This document shows positions 31,613 to 41,180 of a stretch of DNA of 64,000 nt, piece by piece. The notes below the pieces were generated by a model. The model was given only the letters and a program-made list of their open reading frames with translations, was not told the origin of the DNA and did not search any database. The stretch comes from Owenweeksia sp. Lineage in GTDB: Bacteria; Bacteroidota; Bacteroidia; Flavobacteriales; Schleiferiaceae. The DNA is taken from positions 1-64,000 of the forward strand of contig JANQHO010000017.1 in NCBI GenBank assembly GCA_028277105.1, written 5' to 3'. Both the position numbers and the translations under genes were made by a program. Each line of letters opens with the position of its first letter. The first letter of the stretch is position 1.

Positions 31613-34556
31613 GTTTCAAGGGGATTAAGAGTTCTACAGAAGTTCCTGATTTATCATCAGCCAGAGTAGTTTTATTTTCAATATTTATGCGGATACCCAT
31701 TTCAAATAATTGATTGTAGGTGTCGGCCCGTCCACCACCCAGGCGAAGCCCCAGGGATGAGGTGTTATTTACCTGCTCCGGATCCCATCCGGGACCGTTA
31801 TCTTCTATGGTGATCTTAAGAGCAAAATCAGGCGTTTCACTAAATGTGATTTTGAGATAGCCTTCTTTTTCGAGTGGAACAATACCGTGTTTTATAGCAT
31901 TTTCCACAAAAGGTTGCAGCATCATAGCCGGGATAGTTCTTTGATAAAGCTTCACAGGGATATCTATGATATAATTGAGTTTGTCTTTGAACCTCATTTT
32001 TTCCATTTTCAGGTAATTTTCGAGGTAATCTTTTTCAGTGGCTACGTCTACAAAAGTTTGCCTGGATAAGTGCATGGTTTGCCGCAATAAAACCGAAAAG
32101 GAATTGATGTATAGATCGGCTTTATCCAGTTGCCCTTGTTTAGTGAGATATTGTATAGAATTAAGGCAGTTGTATACAAAGTGAGGATTGATATGTGCCT
32201 TTATGGCTTCGAGCTCCAGTTGGGCCAGCTTTCGTTTGTTCTCTAATTTTCTGATAGTTTTTAAGTGAGATCTTCTTAAGATTTGGTAAATTATCAGTAT
32301 TAACATTGTAAGTAATAAAATGGCTGCAGATACTTTAAACCAAATCCTTTGCCAAAAAACGGGATGAATAGTAAGGGGCAGCAAGGTGTAGTTTGAAAGT
32401 TGTTTTCCATTATCAGAAGCTACTTGGAGTTGGTATTCTCCCGGAGGGAGGTTGTTGAGGTTTATTTCGGGCGTATTAGTAATATACCAGCGCTTGTGAT
32501 AACCTTGCAGAAAATAATGATATACCGGAGATTTTGTTAGCTGATAGGGGAAGCTCTTCAAGGATAGCTGGAGATCATTTTGTCGATATAACAACTCGAG
32601 TTTTCCGGGAGAATAAAAATAGTCGTCCCCTGCCCGTACCTTGTAGATAAAAACTTTCTCAGATGTGTTCTTCAAGCCTTGATACTTTGGGGGAAGTATA
32701 GCCAGGCCTGATGAGGTGAGTACATAAACCGTGTCGTTGTAAATTGCCAGATCAGTTACGTCATCGGAAGGCAGGCCTTCAGAATAATCGTAATGCTTAT
32801 GGTGCAGATCATTGAAATCGTTGTGCTGAACTTTATATACACCCATGTCAGTAGCCAGCCAAAAACATTGATGATCCGCTTTTTCAATTTTTCTTATTGT
32901 GGCTGTAATAGCAGCTTCCTCAAAAAGCAGGGAACAAAATCTTTTTTGTTCTTTTTCAAAGAGATGAAGGCCTTTAATAGATGTACCGATTAAAAGATGA
33001 TTCTCATCTATTGGTTGTAAAGCAGTAATGTGGGATCTGCCTAATATAGAGTCATTTACCAGTTTAGGAAGAGAATCATTAACTGACAGGTATAAGCCAT
33101 TAGGTGTTCCGATAAATATAAAATCATCCAGACCGCTTACACTGGTGGTTCTGTCAGGATAAAGGATATCGAGTTGCCCCGTTTTATCTTTTCTATTTAA
33201 ATATAGTCCGTTGTGGGTAGCTATGTATAAAGAGCTGTTCTTATACAGATCCTTAACAACAAATGGTATTATTGATGCTTTAAAGTCAACTGTGTGATCA
33301 GGATTGTATTTCAGATGAAGTAATTTGCCGGTTGTAAAGGCATATAAGTCTTCATTGCCCAAGTATAAATCTGTTATATTGTTGAAAGAGAGATTGTTTG
33401 GATTTAGATCCGCATATCTTCCATTTTGTAAGAGGCCGAATGTGTTTTTCTCGGTATAATAAACGAATATACCAATTCCGGGTATTCTCTCAATAGAAGA
33501 TGGAATTTTATCCAGGGGTATGTTCATAGAGGAATTGAGTAGATAATTCTTCCAGTGGCTGGCTGAAATAAAATATATCCCCCTTGATTCAGTAGATAGC
33601 CATATGTTTTCATCCCTGTCTGTAAAAACATGATTAATAGTGCTTTCAGGTAAGAGCTCCAATGGATTTGAGGAAGAGTCCAGTGCATTTATGTTTCCCC
33701 AAAAGTGTAACCCATTTCCAATGAATGTAAGCCAAAGCTGGTTGTTCTTATCTACTACAATTTGTTTTACCAGTTTATCGAGTTTATAGGAATATTTAAG
33801 AGTTAGGTGATTTCCTTTGAGTTCTAATAGGTCTAACTGTTGATTGTTTTGAGAATAGACTATAAGTCTTTTTCGGTCATTACTCAGCTTTACTATGTTC
33901 CATTCAGATTTTTTACTTATTCCTGTGAACTTTTTTGAATTACCATTTGAAAAAAAGTAATAAGCAAGTTGAGTTTCTTCCCCTGTTTCTATTTGCATGA
34001 GAAGGGTATCGCCAAAAAACTGTACTGGTGTAAATGCTTGGTCAAGGGTAATTTCTACTTTTTCAATTCCCTTACTATTCAGCCTATAAAGCAATCTTTT
34101 ATTATTGATCAGGTCACCGAGCCAGAGGTTTTCACCGTCAGAAATACACATATTTGTTTTCTGGTTTTTTATCTGCTTAAGCTCCAAAAGAGAGTCAGGC
34201 AGTAGATGGCCGTCTTTGTAGCAAGCCCAATTGTTTAACAAGGGGCTTAATATCACCTTTCTTCCCTGGCTTGGAATAGCCTGCAATATTTCTTTGTCGG
34301 TAAGCCCCGATTTTTCGTCAACTATTTCAAATTGTTGCCCGTCAAAAAAAACTGCTCCCTGATCGGTTCCTATCCATATAAAGCCAGTACTATCCTGGTT
34401 AATGATGTAGCTCTTATAAGCGGGAAAACCTTTAGAGGCATCGTAAATGCGCATACCTGGAACCGGTAGCTGAGCCAGGCTTATGTGAAACAGGCCTGTG
34501 ATAACTATAATAAACAGGCAAAATGATCTCATGATATCTATAAATATAGAATACAT
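31584..34556 (-). CDS. Large sensor histidine kinase with periplasmic two-component-regulator propeller repeats, a Y_Y_Y domain, one TM, a His_kinase (PF06580-like) domain and HATPase
   Basis: ...HINPHFVYNCLNSIQYL... plus a C-terminal ATPase G-boxes. Long propeller N-terminus. 29-bp overlap with the RR gene. Confidence 0.8.
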   Translation of the reverse strand: MYSIFIDIMRSFCLFIIVITGLFHISLAQLPVPGMRIYDASKGFPAYKSYIINQDSTGFIWIGTDQGAVFFDGQQFEIVDEKSGLTDKEILQAIPSQGRKVILSPLLNNWACYKDGHLLPDSLLELKQIKNQKTNMCISDGENLWLGDLINNKRLLYRLNSKGIEKVEITLDQAFTPVQFFGDTLLMQIETGEETQLAYYFFSNGNSKKFTGISKKSEWNIVKLSNDRKRLIVYSQNNQQLDLLELKGNHLTLKYSYKLDKLVKQIVVDKNNQLWLTFIGNGLHFWGNINALDSSSNPLELLPESTINHVFTDRDENIWLSTESRGIYFISASHWKNYLLNSSMNIPLDKIPSSIERIPGIGIFVYYTEKNTFGLLQNGRYADLNPNNLSFNNITDLYLGNEDLYAFTTGKLLHLKYNPDHTVDFKASIIPFVVKDLYKNSSLYIATHNGLYLNRKDKTGQLDILYPDRTTSVSGLDDFIFIGTPNGLYLSVNDSLPKLVNDSILGRSHITALQPIDENHLLIGTSIKGLHLFEKEQKRFCSLLFEEAAITATIRKIEKADHQCFWLATDMGVYKVQHNDFNDLHHKHYDYSEGLPSDDVTDLAIYNDTVYVLTSSGLAILPPKYQGLKNTSEKVFIYKVRAGDDYFYSPGKLELLYRQNDLQLSLKSFPYQLTKSPVYHYFLQGYHKRWYITNTPEINLNNLPPGEYQLQVASDNGKQLSNYTLLPLTIHPVFWQRIWFKVSAAILLLTMLILIIYQILRRSHLKTIRKLENKRKLAQLELEAIKAHINPHFVYNCLNSIQYLTKQGQLDKADLYINSFSVLLRQTMHLSRQTFVDVATEKDYLENYLKMEKMRFKDKLNYIIDIPVKLYQRTIPAMMLQPFVENAIKHGIVPLEKEGYLKITFSETPDFALKITIEDNGPGWDPEQVNNTSSLGLRLGGGRADTYNQLFEMGIRINIENKTTLADDKSGTSVELLIPLKHENYSYNYR

Positions 34557-34729
34557 TAATTTGTATTTATTGCAAGTAGCTTATAGTCGATATTAAATCA
34601 TTCATACTTGTTTTAAGGCTATAAAAATTTACAACTAACTATATATAGTATGTCAATTGTGACTTATGGAAGTAATTTGTGAAGTAAAATACCCTGAGAA
34701 TACCACAAAAAAAGGAGAGTTATTTTAAA

Positions 34730-35419
34730 TTAATTAAGGCTCCATTCTACTAACTTTTCTTCCCAGTTCACTAATTGATGGAAAAGAGCATACAGCACCA
34801 GACCCACCGTATTTTTAGCACCTGTTTTAAGTAGTAAATTATTGCGGTGGCCTTCTACGGTACGGATGCTGATAAAGAGCTTCTCAGCTATTTCAGCATT
34901 GGTATATTGCTCACAGATCAGTTGCAAAATCTCCTTTTCCCGTCTAGTCAGTTCCGTTTCTTCAATCAGTTTGGGGGAACTCATTTTTTGACCGGAGCTC
35001 AACTGTTGGTGTAAGCTGTTCAACTGGCTATCGGTGAAGTATAGTCCTTTTTTATCGACCTTTTCAATAATACGCATCAGCTCGTCCAGAGCAATGTTTT
35101 TGGGCAGGAAGGCATTCACACCCAGTTTCATCATATAGCCCAAAAAAGCTTCGCGGTAGTGACTGGAGAGAATAATGATCTTAAGGTCGGGATAGAATTC
35201 TTTAAGGTGTTCGGTGATTTCGGTACCGTCCATTTCCTTCATCCTCAGATCCAGCAGTACAATATCCGGCAGTTCACTTGTCTTTAATTGTTTCAGCAAG
35301 CTTTCACCATTGTTTGCGGTAAACAGTATTTTCAACCGGGCCTGATTTTCCAATATAGCCTTCAGTCCATTGAGAAATAAGGTTTCGTCATCGGCTATAA
35401 CCAGTTTGATAGGGGGCAT
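34730..35419 (-). CDS. NarL/LuxR-family response regulator (REC plus HTH_LuxR)
   Basis: ...ELTRREKEILQLICEQYTNAEIAEKLFISIRTVEGHRNNLLLKTGAKN... Confidence 0.85.
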   Translation of the reverse strand: MPPIKLVIADDETLFLNGLKAILENQARLKILFTANNGESLLKQLKTSELPDIVLLDLRMKEMDGTEITEHLKEFYPDLKIIILSSHYREAFLGYMMKLGVNAFLPKNIALDELMRIIEKVDKKGLYFTDSQLNSLHQQLSSGQKMSSPKLIEETELTRREKEILQLICEQYTNAEIAEKLFISIRTVEGHRNNLLLKTGAKNTVGLVLYALFHQLVNWEEKLVEWSLN

Positions 35420-35489
35420 GGAAGTTGTATTGCCGTATAAAAGTAGTTAATTGTCGGGTGTAATCAACCCTTATCTCGATCTGTGATAA

Positions 35490-35700
35490 GTATAAATGAA
35501 AACGGTCATGCTGGGCGTGGACCCGGATAACAATTATAAGATCGCGGGTCTTGGCCCGCGATGAGTCTCTTTACAGGCGGTCATGCCGGATCAGATCCGG
35601 TATCTTAAACTCCTAATAACAAAGTTGGGATCGCGGTTCTACCTGCCGGTAGATAAGCCTGCCTGCGGAAAGCAGGTCTACGGCTGCGATGGTTTTTTGT
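35490..35700 (-). other. GC-rich cluster of 4-5 consecutive small hairpins with internal repeats (ccgcgatc x3, catgaccg x2) between the HisKA_3 kinase gene and its LuxR-type regulator gene. Candidate structured RNA or REP-like element.
   Basis: Read directly: cctgc-tttcc-gcagg, ctacc-ggca-ggtag, ccggatc-t-gatccgg and atcgcggg-ccaagac-ccgcgat on the transcribed (minus) strand. GC content is far above the surroundings. Confidence 0.4.
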
Positions 35701-36418
35701 CTACGAGTAGTATTACCCCTGTCCCTTTTCCCGGAGCAGTTTTAATTTTATACTTCCCACCTAATATTTGTACCCGCGATTCTACATTAGCCAAACCGAG
35801 GCCTCCTTTGATCTTTGTTTTATCAAAGCCTTTACCATTGTCATTTATCCTTAAAGCGATCCAATTATCAGTAATTCTCAAGATAAAAGATAGCCGGCTG
35901 GCTTCGGCATACTTCAAGGCATTCTGTACCAGCTCCTGGCTGATACGAAACATATGCAAGGCTTGTTCAGGCTGAATGTTTTTCGCGTTGCCATTCGGGT
36001 AGAAATCTATCTCTAATTGCTGTTCCAGGGGTTGTAGAAAATCCTGTAGGGTTTCGGTCAGGCCCAGTTGCGCCAATAGAGGAGGGTAAAGATCATGGGC
36101 AATATAGCGGGAAATATCGATTGCTCCATCCAGCAGTTGACCGGTTTTAGCGAAGAGCTCTGGCAGTTGAGGCTTCATTTCATAAAGACTCAGTTTTAGT
36201 ACGTTGAGTTGGGAAGACAGTTCATCGTGCAAGTCTGCCGCTATGCGTTGACGTTCCCGCTCCTGGGTACTGATACTGTTATGTAGCAGTTTTTGCTGGT
36301 GTTTCAGCTCTGCCTGGCGCATCTTTTCCCGCTCTTCCATTACTCTTTTCATAGCGAGGCGAAAAACAATAATAACCGCTATAGCCAAAGCGGTCATAGC
36401 CAGTACGGCTATGGTCAT
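35678..36418 (-). CDS. Sensor histidine kinase, NarL-partner type (one TM, HisKA_3, HATPase). Start taken at the internal Met overlapping the upstream stop (ATGA).
   Basis: ...ERQRIAADLHDELSS... is the HisKA_3 H-box. C-terminal GKGFD...GLGL. The ORF-table start at 36475 would overlap the upstream gene by 61 bp. Confidence 0.7.
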   Translation of the reverse strand: MTIAVLAMTALAIAVIIVFRLAMKRVMEEREKMRQAELKHQQKLLHNSISTQERERQRIAADLHDELSSQLNVLKLSLYEMKPQLPELFAKTGQLLDGAIDISRYIAHDLYPPLLAQLGLTETLQDFLQPLEQQLEIDFYPNGNAKNIQPEQALHMFRISQELVQNALKYAEASRLSFILRITDNWIALRINDNGKGFDKTKIKGGLGLANVESRVQILGGKYKIKTAPGKGTGVILLVDKKPSQP

Positions 36419-37104
36419 CCATAGAGTGAAGTTTTCGTTTGGCGGCTGTCCTTCTGCCATAGGGCTGTAATACAAGCGAGGTGAAAGATAAAAGTAAGGA
36501 TTACGTTGATGAGCCAGAGGTAAAGTGTTTCAGAAAGATCGGCTCTGATCATTTGATTAAGGATGAGGTAGATAATAAAGCTACCTGTAAAATAAAGTAA
36601 TATACCGGAGTTGAGGTAAGCCAGGGCATTGAAGTTTTGAAGGTAGCGGTTAGGGTTTCGCAGGCTTTGGATAAAAAAGGTTAACGCCAGGGCAATCATA
36701 GTTCCGTTAACGATCAGTTTGCTATACAACTCAAAGCTTTTATCACTATTACTGAGGCTAAAAAGAGTATAGAGCAAAATAGTACAGAAAGCTACCAAAA
36801 AGTATAGCTTTAAAGCTTTGTTTTGTTGGTTTTTAAAACCATATATACCGAGATACATCAGTGCCAGCAGGGCAAATTCAGCCAGGGTATAAAAATGTAA
36901 AAGATAAAGATTGCTACCCTGTAGCCAACCGTAAACATAGAGTTTAGCCAGTATTTCAATTAAACCAACCATTAGCAGGTAGGCTACCAGGAACTTAAGA
37001 GCGGGATGAAGCTTTTTAAATACCCCCAATCTGATGCCGGTACCAAGAAGCACCAGTGCCAGATCAGCTAGGGCTATGAATTTAATGAGGTCTGCGGCAG
37101 TCAC
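36415..37104 (-). CDS. Polytopic membrane protein (about 6 TM), probable separate membrane-sensor subunit of the downstream kinase
   Basis: Hydrophobic helices throughout. Translationally coupled (4-bp overlaps) to both neighbours. Confidence 0.45.
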   Translation of the reverse strand: MTAADLIKFIALADLALVLLGTGIRLGVFKKLHPALKFLVAYLLMVGLIEILAKLYVYGWLQGSNLYLLHFYTLAEFALLALMYLGIYGFKNQQNKALKLYFLVAFCTILLYTLFSLSNSDKSFELYSKLIVNGTMIALALTFFIQSLRNPNRYLQNFNALAYLNSGILLYFTGSFIIYLILNQMIRADLSETLYLWLINVILTFIFHLACITALWQKDSRQTKTSLYG

Positions 37105-37772
37105 TGTTTAAAAAAGTTCTGCAAGAGACTGTAACGGTCTTCCTGATCGGTGCCAAAAGGAGGTTTGGGCGTGGTAAAGTCATCTACCGAAAGGTTGAGG
37201 AAATTACCGGAATCCCCATCGTAAAAGAGTAAGTGTAACTGATGGGCGGGGTTTATTTCATTACCCAGACCCATAAAAACAAAGAGTTCATCCTTTTGCT
37301 CAAAGTGTGTGGTAATATCTGCAGTGGGAACATCAGAAACCAGGGTCATTCCTTCGGCACTTTCATTGATCATGAAGTTCAGCCAGCTTTGATGCTCATC
37401 TGCCCAGCGTTCCTGTAATTGATCGGCAGTTTCGGGATTCAAGGTAATCGTAAATCCATCATTGATGTAAGGAGCCCGATATATATAAACTTCCGGTTCG
37501 CCTTCCCCTTCTCTCACTTCATCATCTGACTCCGAAATAAACAGTAAAGAGAATTCGAGCTGGATCATTCCACCCTCAACCGGAGTGGATTTCACCGCAA
37601 AATAGGCGTGAGCCAGTTGGCCTTCAAAATGCGTGTGGTCAAAATCACTTCCAATTCTAAAGAATAAGCCATTGTCAAAAAGTTGCCTGACCAGGGTAAA
37701 ATGGGTGCTTATTGCAAGCCAGTTATCCACTTGTTCAATAGCTTCGGACGGGCTGATAGTACTGGTATTCAT
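37101..37772 (-). CDS. Hypothetical acidic cytoplasmic protein co-transcribed with the membrane sensor and kinase
   Basis: ORF with a 4-bp overlap to the next gene. No motif recognised. Confidence 0.4.
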   Translation of the reverse strand: MNTSTISPSEAIEQVDNWLAISTHFTLVRQLFDNGLFFRIGSDFDHTHFEGQLAHAYFAVKSTPVEGGMIQLEFSLLFISESDDEVREGEGEPEVYIYRAPYINDGFTITLNPETADQLQERWADEHQSWLNFMINESAEGMTLVSDVPTADITTHFEQKDELFVFMGLGNEINPAHQLHLLFYDGDSGNFLNLSVDDFTTPKPPFGTDQEDRYSLLQNFFKQ

Positions 37773-37829
37773 GTTTTTGGGTTTTGTGGTTAATAGCAGC
37801 CTAAAGGTAATGGGAAGCAGTAAGAAATA

Positions 37830-37852
37830 AAACAGGTAGTACTACCTGTTTT
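37830..37852. repeat. 23-bp palindromic element aaacaggtag-ta-ctacctgtttt, copy 1, upstream of the TetR-efflux operon
   Basis: Identical to copy 2 at 44467-44489. Arms here extend to 13 bp (ataaaacaggtag/ctacctgttttat). Confidence 0.7.
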
Positions 37853-37960
37853 ATTGCAATGAATAGGTTAGACATTTCTAAAGATAACAAGTTATTTTCA
37901 TGCGGTTTCAGATAGATTTATATTGTATAATAAAATTTTGAGGTATTTTATTTTGATCAG

Positions 37961-37973
37961 TGAACATTGTTCA
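37961..37973. promoter_or_regulatory. Candidate TetR operator TGAACA-t-TGTTCA, copy 1, overlapping the tetR promoter/start region
   Basis: 6-bp inverted repeat. The identical 13-mer recurs between tetR and tolC. Confidence 0.45.
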
Positions 37974-37990
37974 TTTATTTTGTACCTGAA

Positions 37991-38608
37991 ATGGGAACAG
38001 CTGAAAGAAAAGAAAAAGAAAAAGAAAAGCTGAAGGCTCTTATTTTACAAGGTGCCAAGGAACTATTCATTGAAAAAGGAATAGAAAAGACAACTATTAG
38101 GAATATTGCGGATTCCATCGATTACAGTGTAGGTACTGTATATGTTTATTACAAAGATAAAAACGCAATCCTGCACGACTTGCATACGCAGGGCTTTAAG
38201 CAACTGGGTGGGGCTATGCGGGTTTTGGAAAATGTAGCCGACCCAATAGAGCGATTAAAAGCTATGGGTAGGGTTTACATCAATTTTTCAGTTAACAATG
38301 TAGATATGTACGAGCTGATGTTTACCATGAAGGCTCCTATAGAGTTTTTGGACGCGCATGGTAGGGACGAATGGGGTGAGGGAGCGGCCACTTTTAATGT
38401 CCTTCGCTCTACCGTTAGGGCTTGTATGGATAAAGGGCATTTTAAAGGTCATGACTTGGACTCTTTGTCATTTATGATTTGGGGAACGGTTCACGGGATA
38501 TGCTCTTTATATAACAGCGGTAGAGTGAATGGCGTGAAATTTCAAAACACTTCGGGCATGGTAATGAAAGGATATGATGCTATGATTAGAATGATTGATA
38601 GGGCATAA
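37991..38608 (+). CDS. TetR/AcrR-family transcriptional regulator. Start at the ATG giving MGTAERKEKE...
   Basis: ...AKELFIEKGIEKTTIRNIADSIDYSVGTVYVYYKDKNAIL... is the TetR_N HTH. The ORF-table TTG start at 37967 lies inside the operator. Confidence 0.8.
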   Translation: MGTAERKEKEKEKLKALILQGAKELFIEKGIEKTTIRNIADSIDYSVGTVYVYYKDKNAILHDLHTQGFKQLGGAMRVLENVADPIERLKAMGRVYINFSVNNVDMYELMFTMKAPIEFLDAHGRDEWGEGAATFNVLRSTVRACMDKGHFKGHDLDSLSFMIWGTVHGICSLYNSGRVNGVKFQNTSGMVMKGYDAMIRMIDRA

Positions 38609-38626
38609 AAAAATTTAGCTCAGTTA

Positions 38627-38639
38627 TGAACATTGTTCA
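38627..38639. promoter_or_regulatory. Candidate TetR operator TGAACA-t-TGTTCA, copy 2, upstream of the TolC/MFP/RND genes
   Basis: Same 13-mer as 37961-37973, with an extended match cag-t(ta)-tgaacattgttca. Confidence 0.45.
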
Positions 38640-38769
38640 AAAAAAGAACATAGATCAAATATTGATCTGGTTAATAGTTTTGAGCCAGAGATATATTATC
38701 ACACCTAAATAAAGTGGGTTACTTAAATGAAAATACCAATTTCAATAATCAACATACAATAAAAAAGCT

Positions 38770-40131
38770 ATGAAAGGGAAGATGGTTAGTATGGCTCTGC
38801 TCCATTTACTGACAATGCAAACAGTAGTTAGCCAGTCTGTGCTAGATGAATACATAAAGGTTGGCCTGGAAAACAATCAGCAATACATTAAGGAAAAGCT
38901 CAATACGCAGATTAGCATGGATGACAGGGATATATCAAGGAGCCTCTTTTTTCCAGATGTGTCTTTTGAAGCCAGTTACATTTTGGCCGAAGGCGGTAGA
39001 ACGATAGATTTTCCAGTAGGGGACTTGTTTAATCCGGCTTATGCCGCATTGAATCAACTAACAGGTACCAATCAGTTCCCTACGGACATAGAAAATGTTA
39101 ACGAGCAATTTTTACCCAACGATTTTCACGAAACTAAGGTGAGAATACTCCAACCCATTTTGAATACCGATATATTTTACGGGTACAGGGCTAGCCAGGC
39201 CAATGTTTCTGTTGCTCAAGCCAAGCAGGAAAATTTCAAGAATCAATTGATCTTTCAAATTACAAAAGCTTATTTCAATCATTTACAATTACTGGAACAG
39301 AAAGTTATTTTGGATAGTACCAGAATCCTGATTAAGGAGCTTATCCGTGTAAACCAGAAATTGATTGATAATAATGTATCTACAAAGGAGGTGCTATACA
39401 GTGCCAATGCCCAATTGGGGCAACTAGAGGCTCAAATAGCAGCCACAAGAAAGGGGATCAATACATCGCGCATATTTTTTAATTTTCTTTTAAACAGAGA
39501 TTTAAATGAGCCAATAGAAGCTGTGGCAAGCGATGGGATCACACTGTTTCCCAATCAGCTTACGCTTAATAATGCACAACAAAAAGCAGTAACCCAACGC
39601 AGTGAAATAAAGGAAGTAAAAGCAGGACTGGAAGTACAGGAATATCTTATTAAGAAAGAGAAAGCTTATCTAGCTCCGGATATTACTATGGCTGCTGAAC
39701 TCGGTTATCAAGGTTTTAGCTATACGTTTGACGATAATCAGGATTTTTACTTGGTCAGCTTCAGTTTGAGTTGGCCCATTTTTCAGGGCGGACGAAACAG
39801 ATCTAAGATCAATAAAGCCAAACTGCAGAAAGAACAGCTTACAACCGATTATACAAGCATTATTAATCAAATCAAACTAGAGGTTGCTAACGCTTATTAC
39901 GAATTGGAAGAGGCTTCACGGGTTTATCAGGCACATCTGTCAGAACTGAAAAATGCAACAGAGAATTTTCACATCGTAAAAGGAAAATACGCTACCAATC
40001 AGGTTCTTTTGGTTCAATTTAATGAATCTAGAAATAACCTGACAAGCGCTAGACTGGCTGCTTCTATTGCCAAATACAATATAGCTATTGCTAAAGCAAA
40101 TCTCAATAAAACAATACAAACAACACGATGA
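38770..40131 (+). CDS. TolC-family outer-membrane efflux protein
   Basis: Two-repeat OEP architecture, all-helical and beta segments, 453 aa. First structural gene of the efflux operon. Confidence 0.75.
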   Translation: MKGKMVSMALLHLLTMQTVVSQSVLDEYIKVGLENNQQYIKEKLNTQISMDDRDISRSLFFPDVSFEASYILAEGGRTIDFPVGDLFNPAYAALNQLTGTNQFPTDIENVNEQFLPNDFHETKVRILQPILNTDIFYGYRASQANVSVAQAKQENFKNQLIFQITKAYFNHLQLLEQKVILDSTRILIKELIRVNQKLIDNNVSTKEVLYSANAQLGQLEAQIAATRKGINTSRIFFNFLLNRDLNEPIEAVASDGITLFPNQLTLNNAQQKAVTQRSEIKEVKAGLEVQEYLIKKEKAYLAPDITMAAELGYQGFSYTFDDNQDFYLVSFSLSWPIFQGGRNRSKINKAKLQKEQLTTDYTSIINQIKLEVANAYYELEEASRVYQAHLSELKNATENFHIVKGKYATNQVLLVQFNESRNNLTSARLAASIAKYNIAIAKANLNKTIQTTR

Positions 40132-41180
40132 AACTACACACGATAGCCCTCACCATCTTAGTTATCCAGTTTTCATATTCCTGCAAAAAAGAGTATGTAA
40201 AACAAGCTGAAAACACGAAAAGTAATCCTAAAAAAGTCCGGGTAGCCAATCTTGATGATCAAGCAGTTGTTCACCCGGTTTTAGCTACTGGTATTCTTGC
40301 TTCCAAAGAAGAAATTCTACTTTCTTTTAAAACAGGAGGTATCGTCAGCAAACTAAATTACCAAGAAGGTGCTGCTGTAAACCAAGGTGATAAAATGGCC
40401 AGTCTTGACTTGAGCGAGATAAACGCCCAGGTAGAAAGTGCTAAAAACGGCTACCAAAAAGCGGTTCGCGATTACAATAGGGTAGCTAATCTTTATGAAG
40501 ATACGGTAGCTACGCTAGAGCAATTACAAGATGCGCAAACGGGACGTGATATAGCTAAATCCAATCTTGATATTGCTTATTTCAACCAGCGTTACTCCGT
40601 TGTTAGATCACCCATTAAAGGCACCGTGCTCAAGCGTTTTGTGGAAGAAGGCCAATTAGTATCACCCGGGCAGCCCGTATTTCTGGTGGGAAGTTCTGGT
40701 ACTCAGGATGCCCAGATAATAAGGGTGGGACTTTCAGATAAAGATATTGTGAATGTATCCCTGAATGACAAAGCGCTTATTTCGTTTGATGCATTTCCTA
40801 AAACAGACTACAAGGGGGTACTTACAGAAATTGCTCAGGCTGCAAACGAAAGAACAGGCTTATATGAAATAGAAATAACTTTATTGGAATACCAACCAGA
40901 GCTTAAAAATGGATTTATCGCCAGGCTGAAGATCATGCCAAAAGTTGGAAAACCAGTGTATAAAATCCCTATAAACGCCTTGGTTGAGGGGGTGGACAAA
41001 AAGGCCACAATATTTTACACTGTAAACAATGATGTGGCTAGTAGTCTTACAGTCGATATCATCGGGTTATACGATGAGTATTTTACAATTAGTACTTCTG
41101 AGCTCCCCTCTAATGCCAGGATCATAACAGAAGGGGCGCCTTTCATAAGGTCTAACGACTCAATCTTAGTACAACCATGA
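40128..41180 (+). CDS. RND efflux periplasmic adaptor (membrane fusion protein, HlyD/AcrA family)
   Basis: Lipoprotein signal ...FSYSCKK. Coiled-coil hairpin and barrel-sandwich features. 4-bp overlaps on both sides. Confidence 0.8.
   Translation: MKLHTIALTILVIQFSYSCKKEYVKQAENTKSNPKKVRVANLDDQAVVHPVLATGILASKEEILLSFKTGGIVSKLNYQEGAAVNQGDKMASLDLSEINAQVESAKNGYQKAVRDYNRVANLYEDTVATLEQLQDAQTGRDIAKSNLDIAYFNQRYSVVRSPIKGTVLKRFVEEGQLVSPGQPVFLVGSSGTQDAQIIRVGLSDKDIVNVSLNDKALISFDAFPKTDYKGVLTEIAQAANERTGLYEIEITLLEYQPELKNGFIARLKIMPKVGKPVYKIPINALVEGVDKKATIFYTVNNDVASSLTVDIIGLYDEYFTISTSELPSNARIITEGAPFIRSNDSILVQP

Noticed and set aside
35583-35975. 130-aa plus-strand ORF
   Set aside because: It begins inside the GC-rich hairpin cluster and runs antisense into the histidine-kinase gene. 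It is an artefact of GC-rich palindromic sequence.
36415-36475. 61-bp overlap between the membrane-protein gene and the kinase ORF as called in the six-frame table
   Set aside because: An internal Met (MTIAVLAM...) creates a standard ATGA start/stop overlap at 36415-36418. The long overlap is an ORF-calling artefact, not a frameshift.
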